DNA of 64,000 nucleotides from an uncultured Candidatus Saccharibacteria bacterium (lineage in GTDB: Bacteria; Patescibacteriota; Saccharimonadia; Saccharimonadales; Saccharimonadaceae), in the NCBI GenBank assembly GCA_964544355.1, contig CAZJAI010000003.1, positions 15,945 through 79,944 on the forward strand, in the 5' to 3' direction. The notes below the pieces were generated by a model. The model worked only from the letters and a program-made list of their open reading frames with translations. It ran no database searches and was not told where the DNA came from. The position numbers and the translations under genes were made by a program. This document shows positions 1-7,626 of the stretch, in pieces; position 1 is the stretch's first letter; each line of letters opens with the position of its first letter.

Positions 1-1511
1 ACGCCGTCAATCCGGCCAACGGGCAAAAAATTCCCGTCTGGATCGCCGATTACGTGCTGATGGATTACGGCACCGGCGCCATCATGGCCGTGCCGGCGCA
101 CGACGAGCGCGACCACGATTTCGCCGAGAAGTTTAACCTGCCGGTTGTCGAGGTGTACGAAAGCGCGGCAGGCCAGATCCCGTTCGGCGGCGAAGGGCGG
201 ATTAAACATTCCGGCCCGTACGATGGCATGACTACCGATCAGGTGCGGGAAAAGATCGTCAGCGACCTGTCTGCTAAAGGGATAGCTCGCGAGAAAGTGA
301 ACCTGCGCATGCGCGACTGGCTGATCAGCCGCCAGCGCTACTGGGGCACGCCGATTCCAATCATTCACTGCAAAAAACACGGCGCCGTGGCGGTGCCCGA
401 CGAGCAACTGCCGGTGGTGCTGCCGGAAGTTGAAAGCTACCAGCCGACCGGCGAAGGCACCAGCGTGCTGGCTAGCGTTACAGATTGGGTAAACACCACC
501 TGCCCGGAATGCGGCCAACCGGCCAAGCGCGAAACCGACACCATGGACGGCTACGCTTGCTCCAGCTGGTACTATTTACGCTACACCGATCCCGGCAACG
601 ACCGTCAGGCCTGGGATCCCACCAAGGCCAACTACTGGATGCCAATAGACTACTATTGCGGCGGCGACCACGCCGTCAGCCATCTGCTTTACAGCCGGTT
701 CTGGATGCGTTTCTTCGCCGATAAGGGCTTGATCGAAAAAAGCCGCCAGGAGCCGGTGCGTCGCCTGGTCTATAACGGCTATATTTACGCGCATGACGGA
801 CAGAAAATGAGCAAAAGCAAGGGTAACGTGGTAGACCCTCTGGAGCTGATAGAACAGGGGTACGGCGCCGACGCCTTAAGGGTCTACGAACTGTTCATCG
901 CGCCGTACGAGCTGGACGCCGCCTGGGATCCCGGCGGTATCGCCGGGACGTACCGTTTCTTGAACCGGGTATGGGTTTTAACGCAGCAATACCTTGATTC
1001 GGCCAGACAGCCAGAATCCGACGACGGGCAAAAGGTCCGGCGGGCTCTTTCCAAGGCCGCTAAAAAAGTTACCGGGGATTTGGAGCGCCTGAGCTTTAAC
1101 ACCGCCATTGCCGCTCTCATGGAGTTCGTCAACGAGCTGTACAGGCTAAGAACAGGCATCGGACAGGGCGGCGGCCCGTGGGCCGAAGCTGTCAGCGGAC
1201 TGGTGCGGATGGTGGCGCCGTTCGCGCCGCACATTGCCGAAGAGTTGTGGCAACAGCTCGGTCGCGAGGGATCGGTTCATATTTCGGGGTGGCCCGTTTG
1301 GGACGATGCCCTGTTGGCCGAAGAAATCCGTGTGCTGGCGGTGCAGCTGAACGGACGGGTGCGCGCTGAAATTCGGCTGTCCGCCGGCGCCGGCGAGGCC
1401 GAGGCCAGGCGGGCGGCACTGGATCACCCCAAAATCAAGCGGCTGCTGGATGGCAAAAAACCGGCCCGGATCATTTACGTCCCGGACCGGTTGGTCAGCT
1501 TGGTTGTTTAG
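1..1511 (+). CDS. leuS: leucyl-tRNA synthetase, C-terminal part (5' end lies outside the window)
   Basis: The frame is open from nt 3 (AVNPANGQKIPVWIADYVLMDYGTGAIMAVPAHDERD). It carries the class I KMSKS motif (QKMSKSKGN) and a typical LeuRS anticodon-binding C-terminus. Confidence 0.95.
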   Translation, partial: AVNPANGQKIPVWIADYVLMDYGTGAIMAVPAHDERDHDFAEKFNLPVVEVYESAAGQIPFGGEGRIKHSGPYDGMTTDQVREKIVSDLSAKGIAREKVNLRMRDWLISRQRYWGTPIPIIHCKKHGAVAVPDEQLPVVLPEVESYQPTGEGTSVLASVTDWVNTTCPECGQPAKRETDTMDGYACSSWYYLRYTDPGNDRQAWDPTKANYWMPIDYYCGGDHAVSHLLYSRFWMRFFADKGLIEKSRQEPVRRLVYNGYIYAHDGQKMSKSKGNVVDPLELIEQGYGADALRVYELFIAPYELDAAWDPGGIAGTYRFLNRVWVLTQQYLDSARQPESDDGQKVRRALSKAAKKVTGDLERLSFNTAIAALMEFVNELYRLRTGIGQGGGPWAEAVSGLVRMVAPFAPHIAEELWQQLGREGSVHISGWPVWDDALLAEEIRVLAVQLNGRVRAEIRLSAGAGEAEARRAALDHPKIKRLLDGKKPARIIYVPDRLVSLVV

Positions 1512-1525
1512 TTCGCAGGGTCGGC

Positions 1526-1909
1526 CTACTTCTTTGGCGTCGGATGTACGATGACGGCGCGGACGATTTTATTGCCTGAACCGTTCAGGCAAAGCTCAAC
1601 CTGGTCGCCGGGGTATACGATTTTAGGGGCAATTTCCTGGGACACTAGGACGGGGGCAGGTACCACATCTGAGGGTTTACTCCCCAAATTCTGCACGGCC
1701 CTGACGATCATTTTGGACAGGTTGTCGCCGGCACGGGCCGATTCGTTGGTGCACCGGCTGTCATTGGCGGGCGGGGCGGCCAGCGCTTCTTTGGAAGCGT
1801 AATTCGAACAGGCGGCCAGAGCCACTGCGGCAGCCGTCAGACCGGCCGCCTTACTGAACCGGCCTGTACGAATATTAGGAGTAAAGTAGGTTTCGTAAAG
1901 TTTATCCAT
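1526..1909 (-). CDS. small putative lipoprotein, function unknown
   Basis: I place the start at the ATG at 1909; the track start at 1927 is a TTG. The N-terminus reads ...AAGLTAAAVALAAC with an L-A-A-C lipobox. I recognise no family. Confidence 0.5.
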   Translation of the reverse strand: MDKLYETYFTPNIRTGRFSKAAGLTAAAVALAACSNYASKEALAAPPANDSRCTNESARAGDNLSKMIVRAVQNLGSKPSDVVPAPVLVSQEIAPKIVYPGDQVELCLNGSGNKIVRAVIVHPTPKK

Positions 1910-1985
1910 TCTTTTATAATAACACAAACTAGCATGAAAATCAATTTAAAGATCGGGCTTTAATCTTGTCCGACGCGCCGGCTTA

Positions 1986-2014
1986 TTGTGCTTCACATCT
2001 GTTTTTGATATAAT
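1986..2014 (+). promoter_or_regulatory. candidate sigma70-type promoter for rpmF
   Basis: TTGTGC (1986-1991), a 17-nt spacer, then TATAAT (2009-2014), about 50 nt upstream of the rpmF ATG. Confidence 0.3.
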
Positions 2015-2063
2015 TGGTGCCAATATTATCAACCAAAGAGAATAAGGAGCAGCGCTTTTAAAG

Positions 2064-2219
2064 ATGGGCCAACCCAAAAAACAGACCAGCCCCCGCCGGA
2101 CTGGCCTCAGACGCAGCCACTTGGTGTTGAAACTGGCACGGACGGTCAACGCCAAGTCTCCGGTCAAAGCGTTAACCACCAAGCGGCAAAATCCCAAAAA
2201 ACCGGCGAAGCGGGCCTAG
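2064..2219 (+). CDS. rpmF: 50S ribosomal protein L32 (51 aa; below the ORF-track length cutoff)
   Basis: My translation is MGQPKKQTSPRRTGLRRSHLVLKLARTVNAKSPVKALTTKRQNPKKPAKRA. The PKK-TS-RR-x4-RRSH N-terminus is the L32 signature. An AAGGAG box lies at 2045-2050 and the TAG stop at 2217-2219. Confidence 0.85.
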   Translation: MGQPKKQTSPRRTGLRRSHLVLKLARTVNAKSPVKALTTKRQNPKKPAKRA

Positions 2220-2322
2220 GGCCGCCAACCAGCCGGAGTAGACTTTATTGTCCCGCGGCAGGTCTTAGGCAGATAAAAAACCCAGAGTTTTTGTAAAATT
2301 AACAAGCGGTAATCGAACCATT

Positions 2323-2775
2323 ATGGCATCTAACCGGCATCTAGGGCGCATCATAGCTCTTCAGACGCTTTACGAATTCGAGTTCAGGACCGGCTGTCAC
2401 GACAAAACGGTTTCTTTGGACGAGATTCTGAAGCGCAATCTGCAGCGCTACGATGACACAGTGCAGGACAAACAATTTGTCCGTCAGCTGACGCGCGGGG
2501 TCAACAGCCGCCGCGCCGAACTGGACGCCGTGTTGCAGCCCATTGCTCCGGAATGGCCGATAGACCAGATTGCCCGGGTGGATAGAGTGATTCTGCGCAT
2601 GGCCGTTTACGAGCTGCAGGGCGATCACGCGCTGGTGCCTCCCAAGGTGGCCATTAACGAAGCCGTGGAACTGGCCAAAGCGTTCGGCTCGGAAAATTCC
2701 AGCAAGTTCGTCAACGGCGTTCTGGGAACCGCTTATCGCTCACTGGTAAAGGAAGTACCAGATGCAAGCGCCTAG
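2323..2775 (+). CDS. nusB: transcription antitermination factor NusB
   Basis: The 150-aa product has RIIALQTLYEFEF at the N-terminus and AINEAVELAKAFG..SSKFVNGVLG at the C-terminus, both typical of NusB. Confidence 0.9.
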   Translation: MASNRHLGRIIALQTLYEFEFRTGCHDKTVSLDEILKRNLQRYDDTVQDKQFVRQLTRGVNSRRAELDAVLQPIAPEWPIDQIARVDRVILRMAVYELQGDHALVPPKVAINEAVELAKAFGSENSSKFVNGVLGTAYRSLVKEVPDASA

Positions 2776-3259
2776 ATTCGAACGTTTTAGAAAATATTTT
2801 TCCCGACGCAAACAATCCATCGAAGAAGTAGCCCGCGAGGCGACTGCCGGCGGAGTGGTGTTCAGGCTGAACGACCAAAAACAGGTAGAGGTGCTGCTGA
2901 TCCAGGATCCGCGCGAGCGCTGGACCATCCCCAAGGGGCATATCGAAGAGGGCGAGACCGCTCAAGAAACGGCCGTTCGCGAGATTAAAGAAGAAGCCGG
3001 CCTGTCCGACACCGAAGTGCTGTGCTGGCTGGGTAAAATCCACTTTCGTTACCGCCGCCTCAAAACCCTGGTGTTGATGACCACTCAGATTTACCTGGTG
3101 CACGCCAAGGGCGACACCGACGCCATCAAAAAAGAAGAGTACATGAACAGCATTAAGTGGTTTCCCTTTAACGAAGCTCTGGATAAAATAGAATACGAAG
3201 ACATCGGCAAGCTAATGTTGCTGGGCATGAAAAAATTGCGCCAGATGAGGATTATATGA
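2762..3259 (+). CDS. Nudix hydrolase
   Basis: Nudix box GHIEEGETAQETAVREIKEEAGL (GX5EX7REUXEEXGU). It overlaps the nusB 3' end by 14 nt and the rnc start by 4 nt. Confidence 0.85.
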   Translation: MQAPRFERFRKYFSRRKQSIEEVAREATAGGVVFRLNDQKQVEVLLIQDPRERWTIPKGHIEEGETAQETAVREIKEEAGLSDTEVLCWLGKIHFRYRRLKTLVLMTTQIYLVHAKGDTDAIKKEEYMNSIKWFPFNEALDKIEYEDIGKLMLLGMKKLRQMRII

Positions 3260-3993
3260 TCAAGCCGCCGGTTTTCGTGGACGTCGAGCCTTATCAGGCT
3301 TTCGCCAGGGAGCGCCTGGGCTTCGAGTTTAGCGACCCGCAGCTGCTGGTTACCGCCCTGACCCACCGCAGCTACATGAACGAGCATAAAAAAAGCGCCC
3401 GTGAGCACAACGAGCGGTTGGAGTTTTTGGGAGACGCCGTGCTGGAGCTGGTAGTGACCGAGCATCTATATAAAAACTATGCCGAGCCGGAAGGCATCCT
3501 GACCAGCTGGCGCTCTGCCCTGGTGCGCACGGAAAGCATCGCGGCGGCCGGCCAGGCCCTGGAGTTCGACCATCTAATCAGGTTGAGCCGGGGCGAGAAG
3601 CGGGGATCCCAACGGGCTCGCCAACAGATTATGGCCAATACTTTCGAAGCCATAATCGGCGCGATTTATCTGGAGCACGGCCTGGCGGAATCCCAAAAGT
3701 TTATAGACAGGCACATTTTGTCTACCCTGCCAGAGATTCTAAGCAGCGGCAGCTGGCTTGATCCCAAATCGCGCCTACAGGAAGTGGCGCAAAGCATGGA
3801 CGGCGACACCCCGGTATATAAAGTACTCGAAGAGGCCGGTCCGGATCACGACAAGTTTTTCACTCTGGGGGTTTACGTAAAAGGCGAGTTGATGGGGCGT
3901 GGCGGCGGGCATTCCAAGCAGTTGGCCCAGCAGGAGGCGGCCAGGGCGGCGCTGGCTAAGTACGCCGTCAGAAAATCGGCCAAAACAGATTGA
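3256..3993 (+). CDS. rnc: ribonuclease III
   Basis: RNase III signature ERLEFLGDAVLELVV, plus a C-terminal dsRBD (GPDHDKFFTLGVYV...GHSKQLAQQEAARAAL). Confidence 0.95.
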   Translation: MIKPPVFVDVEPYQAFARERLGFEFSDPQLLVTALTHRSYMNEHKKSAREHNERLEFLGDAVLELVVTEHLYKNYAEPEGILTSWRSALVRTESIAAAGQALEFDHLIRLSRGEKRGSQRARQQIMANTFEAIIGAIYLEHGLAESQKFIDRHILSTLPEILSSGSWLDPKSRLQEVAQSMDGDTPVYKVLEEAGPDHDKFFTLGVYVKGELMGRGGGHSKQLAQQEAARAALAKYAVRKSAKTD

Positions 3994-4019
3994 CAAGAGG
4001 GCGGCGGCTGGGCTATACT
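3990..4019 (+). promoter_or_regulatory. candidate sigma70-type promoter for rpsP
   Basis: TTGACA (3990-3995), an 18-nt spacer, then TATACT (4014-4019), about 80 nt upstream of rpsP. Confidence 0.4.
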
Positions 4020-4098
4020 GACCGGGATTACTAAAAGGCGGCCTAGCGGCCCGTACGTCTGCTGGCGCCTAACGGAAAGCAAGTTTACTCTAAACAAC

Positions 4099-4515
4099 AT
4101 GTTAGCTATCAGATTACAACGGCTAGGCCGCAAGGGGCTGTCGGTTTACCGGCTGGCGGTTCAAGACGCCCGCTGGCACCCCGGCAGCGGAAAGGTGGTG
4201 GCCTATGTGGGCAGTTTTGACCCCCACCAAAAAACCATGGCGCTGGATAACGACAAGATTAAATTTTATCTGGAAAACGGCGCCCAGCCCTCCTCCCGGG
4301 TGGTCGGGCTGCTTAAAAGCCAGAAAATCAAACTGCCCGGCTGGGTAAAAGGTCTCGACGGCGGCAGGCAATCCTCGGTTCGCCACCCCGACAAGCTGCG
4401 CAAAAACCGTCCGGCCGCCGAGGATAAACCGGCAGAAGCCGCAAAAGAAGACGCCAAAACGGCCCCATCGGAAACTGAATCGTCATCTTCTGAAACCAAC
4501 CAGCCCGCGGCTTGA
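4099..4515 (+). CDS. rpsP: 30S ribosomal protein S16 with a charged C-terminal extension
   Basis: MLAIRLQRLGRKGLSVYRLAVQDARWHPGSGKVVAYVGSFDP matches the S16 core. About 55 extra K/E/A/S-rich residues follow at the C-terminus. Confidence 0.95.
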   Translation: MLAIRLQRLGRKGLSVYRLAVQDARWHPGSGKVVAYVGSFDPHQKTMALDNDKIKFYLENGAQPSSRVVGLLKSQKIKLPGWVKGLDGGRQSSVRHPDKLRKNRPAAEDKPAEAAKEDAKTAPSETESSSSETNQPAA

Positions 4516-4632
4516 GCGGAGCTAAAGGGGGATATATTTTTCCGGCTCTGGCTTTTTAAAGCGCCGCCAAGAAGGCGGGGAACCAGCCCTGGCCGCTTGA
4601 GACGTGCGCCAATTCCCGCAAGCATTAGCTGT

Positions 4633-4661
4633 TTGCGCTCCAGCACCCAAACGGCTACAAT
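4633..4661 (+). promoter_or_regulatory. candidate promoter for the KH-domain gene
   Basis: TTGCGC (4633-4638), a 17-nt spacer, then TACAAT (4656-4661). Confidence 0.3.
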
Positions 4662-4699
4662 TAAACCGACAAACAGTGTAACCACGAAAGGACCAATTC

Positions 4700-5119
4700 A
4701 TGCCGGAATCTGTGACCATCGATCAGCAGTTTGTCGAATATGTGGTAAAGTCTCTGGTCGGCCACCCCGAAGATGTTTCGATAACGCGTAAAATCGACGA
4801 AAAAGGCGTGCTGTTGGAACTGACCGTTAATCCAGAAGACCTGGGACGGGTCATCGGCCGCCGTGGCGGCACCGCCCAGAGCCTGCGCACCCTGCTGCGA
4901 GCGCTGGGGACTAAAAACGACGCCCGCTACAACCTGAAAATCGTCGATAACGATCGGCCTCAATCCAGCCAGCCTGAGGCCGAAGAGGCCGCCAGGCCAT
5001 CTGGCAAGCAAGAGCGCAAGGATGTGGAAGAACCGAGAGAAGAAACTGTGGACGAGCGCGAATCGGTGGCGGCCCGCACCCGGAAAGAGCTTGCCGACCT
5101 GGACGACCTGGATATATAA
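4700..5119 (+). CDS. KH-domain RNA-binding protein (UPF0109/YlqC/KhpA-like) with an acidic C-terminal tail
   Basis: VEYVVKSLVGHPEDVSI...LELTVNPEDLGRVIGRRGGTAQSLRTLL contains the GxxG KH motif. It sits in the conserved position downstream of rpsP. Confidence 0.85.
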   Translation: MPESVTIDQQFVEYVVKSLVGHPEDVSITRKIDEKGVLLELTVNPEDLGRVIGRRGGTAQSLRTLLRALGTKNDARYNLKIVDNDRPQSSQPEAEEAARPSGKQERKDVEEPREETVDERESVAARTRKELADLDDLDI

Positions 5120-5229
5120 TTGTTCCTGTAGGAAAGTTCTTAAAAAACCACAAAAAGAACTTCTCCCAAAAAACAAAAGCTCTGCTGCGAGCAAACCTTA
5201 AACGCATAAGTTTGAGAGCTTTATCTGTG

Positions 5230-5268
5230 CCTTTAAACCCCTCCGCTTGGCGAGGGGTTTAAAGGTTT
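5230..5268 (+). terminator. strong hairpin with a short T-run (candidate terminator of the rpsP-KH unit, or part of a structured RNA)
   Basis: CCTTTAAACCCCTC (5230-5243) pairs perfectly with GAGGGGTTTAAAGG (5252-5265), giving a 14-bp stem with an 8-nt loop, followed by TTT. Confidence 0.5.
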
Positions 5269-5330
5269 AGCGAAGGGCTTTCGCTGAAACTACAGCCGGA
5301 GAGCGGGATTAATCTGTTACATATATCAAT

Positions 5331-5984
5331 ATGAGAAAGATACAAACCATTTCACTATTCCCGGTCATATTCGAATCGGTACTGGGACAGTCGATGATGT
5401 GGAAGGCGCAGTCCAGGCGCCTGGTGGAGTTTTTACACCACGACCTGCGACAGTACGGCCTTGGGCTCAGGCGGCAGGTGGACGACACCCCCTACGGCGG
5501 CGGCGACGGCATGTTGCTGATGGTGGAGCCGCTGTGGCGGGCGGTGACTGAGGCTAAAAGGCTTGATCCCGACGCCAAAGTGATTATCACCAGTCCGCGG
5601 GGACGGCGCTGGCGGCAGTCCCTGGCCAGACGCCATGCCGCAGAAAGCGACGGATTGATTTTTGTATGCGGCCGCTACGAGGGTTTTGACGAGCGGATTA
5701 CCCGGCTGGCCGATTACACGTATTCGGCCGGTGACTTTATTCTCACAGGAGGCGAACTGCCGGCTTTGATGATGATAGACAGTATTGTCAGGCTGATGCC
5801 CGGCGTGCTGGGCGGGGCGCAGAGCGCTCAAATAGAAAGTTTTTCCAAGAGCCACAAACTGGAATATCCCCAGTACACCAGGCCAGAGGAATTCGAGGGC
5901 ATGAAAGTGCCAAAGGTGCTGCTAAGCGGCGATCACGCCAAAATCGCCCAGTGGCGCCAGGCGCACTCCAAAGCGGCCGGCTAA
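5331..5984 (+). CDS. trmD: tRNA (guanine37-N1)-methyltransferase
   Basis: Motifs DDTPYGGGDGMLLMVEPL, GRYEGFDERI and LTGGELPALMMIDSIVRL are typical of TrmD. Confidence 0.95.
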   Translation: MRKIQTISLFPVIFESVLGQSMMWKAQSRRLVEFLHHDLRQYGLGLRRQVDDTPYGGGDGMLLMVEPLWRAVTEAKRLDPDAKVIITSPRGRRWRQSLARRHAAESDGLIFVCGRYEGFDERITRLADYTYSAGDFILTGGELPALMMIDSIVRLMPGVLGGAQSAQIESFSKSHKLEYPQYTRPEEFEGMKVPKVLLSGDHAKIAQWRQAHSKAAG

Positions 5985-6285
5985 TTTTTTCAAAAAATAA
6001 GATCAAACCGTTAAAGCCCCGGGCCGGCTTAACTTAAAGCGTCAGGCAAGCCGCGGGGCCCTGGCCGGAAGTGTTGTTGTGGCGGATAGCTCAAGCGATT
6101 AGCCGCACACCTTGCTTTAAAACGAAACTTTTTTTAGGGTGTTTTTTGTGTTTGGAATATCGCTTGCAGGACACTTTAGACCGTCGGTTCAAGAAGAGCA
6201 AGCATTTTTAAATAAAAAACAACGATTTTATCTGTCAGCAAAGTCGGCTAGAATAATAACAGGAGGTTTCTTTACAAAACTCATC

Positions 6286-6684
6286 ATGTTTAAAAGATTC
6301 ATCAGGCCGGTTTACGCTCATTGCGATATTCCGTGCGGTATTTACGAAACCGATACAATGACCCATGCCGCCGTAACCTGCCGCCGTATGGTCGAGCTGA
6401 TCGGTCAGCTTGGCGGCGACGATTTAACTGCCCGTAACAACTTCGCCCGTATGGTGGCGGTTAAAGAACAGCACGCCCAGACGGTTAAAGACCAGCTGTG
6501 CATTTTATGGAGCGATTATTTCAAGCCGGAGCATCTCGATAAATATCCGGATCTGCACCAGGCTGTCTGGCAGGCGGTGAAATCGGCCAGCCGGGTTAAG
6601 CAGACCGTGGACATGGCGGCGGCCGACCAGTTAATCAAGGACGTGGCCAGGGTCGCCGAGCTGTTCGCCGACAGCAAAAAATAA
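6286..6684 (+). CDS. sodN: nickel-containing superoxide dismutase precursor
   Basis: I place the start at ATG 6286 (AGGAGG lies at 6261-6266). An 11-aa leader MFKRFIRPVYA is followed by the Ni-hook HCDIPCGIY. The 147 nt of ORF-track extension upstream is AT-rich and looks non-coding. Confidence 0.85.
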   Translation: MFKRFIRPVYAHCDIPCGIYETDTMTHAAVTCRRMVELIGQLGGDDLTARNNFARMVAVKEQHAQTVKDQLCILWSDYFKPEHLDKYPDLHQAVWQAVKSASRVKQTVDMAAADQLIKDVARVAELFADSKK

Positions 6685-6687
6685 AGC

Positions 6688-7434
6688 ATGTTACTGCTCA
6701 GAAGAGTCGTGGGTGTCAGCATGGCTCCCGGTTTGCTGCCGGACGACATCGTGCTGGCCTGGAGCCGCCGCCCGGCGGCTGGTGTATTGGTGGTAGCCAG
6801 ACAGGCTGGCCGGGAAGTCATCAAGCGAGTCAGGGCGGTCAGGGGCGATCAGGTTTATCTGACAGGAGATAATCCGGAGCACAGCAGCGACAGCCGTCAT
6901 CACGGCTGGGTGAAAAACAGTGATATATTGGGGGTGGTCATGATGCGTTTTCGTTTCGCTCAGGCGGTTGATCCGCCCAGGCCGGTTCCCTTGGCTCTGA
7001 TGGTAGTTCCCTACACGCTGGCCCTGTATACGGCGGCAGCTTTGGTTTATCAGTTAATGAATATGAGCAATACGGTCTTCACCGCGGAAATTATCACCGG
7101 AGGCAATCGGCTGCTAGCTCAGTTTTTGGTAATCGCTATATTGCTGTTACAGCTTTTGGCTTTGCCGTTTTGGCTGAGGCTGCGCCTCAGCCAGTTAATG
7201 CGCGCGCTCAGCGCGCTGTCGGGCCTGATATGGTATGGCGCACTGTTTTTACTTAGCTTGAGCTTTCCGCTGCGGCTGGTGCCGACGCTTGTGTTGGGGC
7301 CTATCATACTGATTGGCGGTTTTAACGCCTACTTTATTATTGGCTTTACGATTTTGTTCGCGGCGGCGGTTTGCTCGTACTACGTACTAGGTGGCCGGAA
7401 GATTTTAGACGGTTTGAAGAACCAGCCTTCATAA
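6688..7434 (+). CDS. sodX: S26-family (SodX-type) NiSOD maturation peptidase fused to a C-terminal polytopic membrane domain
   Basis: The N-terminal ~90 aa carry S26 motifs: GVSMAPGL (catalytic Ser), VIKRV (Lys) and GDNPEHSSDSRHHGWV. Residues ~95-248 form 4-5 hydrophobic helices. The start lies 3 nt after the sodN stop. Confidence 0.75.
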   Translation: MLLLRRVVGVSMAPGLLPDDIVLAWSRRPAAGVLVVARQAGREVIKRVRAVRGDQVYLTGDNPEHSSDSRHHGWVKNSDILGVVMMRFRFAQAVDPPRPVPLALMVVPYTLALYTAAALVYQLMNMSNTVFTAEIITGGNRLLAQFLVIAILLLQLLALPFWLRLRLSQLMRALSALSGLIWYGALFLLSLSFPLRLVPTLVLGPIILIGGFNAYFIIGFTILFAAAVCSYYVLGGRKILDGLKNQPS

Positions 7435-7454
7435 GATATAATTTGCCTGCGCAT

Positions 7455-7529
7455 TGGGACGTGGCCAAGCGGTAAGGCGCCTCGCTCTGGACGAGGAGAT
7501 CGTAGGTTCGAATCCTACCGTCCCAGCCA
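7455..7529 (+). tRNA. tRNA-Gln (anticodon CUG), CCA encoded
   Basis: Hand-folded cloverleaf. The acceptor stem TGGGACG/CGTCCCA is fully paired. The D arm is GCC-AAGCGGTAA-GGC. The anticodon stem is CCTCG/CGAGG with loop CT-CTG-GA. The T arm is GTAGG-TTCGAAT-CCTAC, the discriminator is G, and CCA follows. The architecture matches E. coli tRNA-Gln. Confidence 0.93.
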
Positions 7530-7626
7530 AGGTTTTTAGCAGAATTTAACTTTTGCGGCAGTTTTACGCTACCGCCGGCTCTTGTTGTACGGCCAATCGT
7601 TTTGACCCGGCCGGTTCAGAAGGCTG

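Noticed and set aside
1946-2197. An 83-aa minus-strand ORF from the track.
   Set aside because: It lies antisense to a clear rpmF (L32) gene with an RBS. Its own translation shows no recognisable features.
4661-5194. A 177-aa minus-strand ORF antisense to the KH-domain gene.
   Set aside because: Long antisense ORFs are expected in DNA of about 60% GC. The plus-strand gene has clear homology motifs and this ORF has none.
6139-6285. The N-terminal 49 codons of the track ORF for sodN.
   Set aside because: The segment is AT-rich and promoter-like. NiSOD precursors have a short leader directly before HCD..PCG, and ATG 6286 with AGGAGG upstream fits that pattern.
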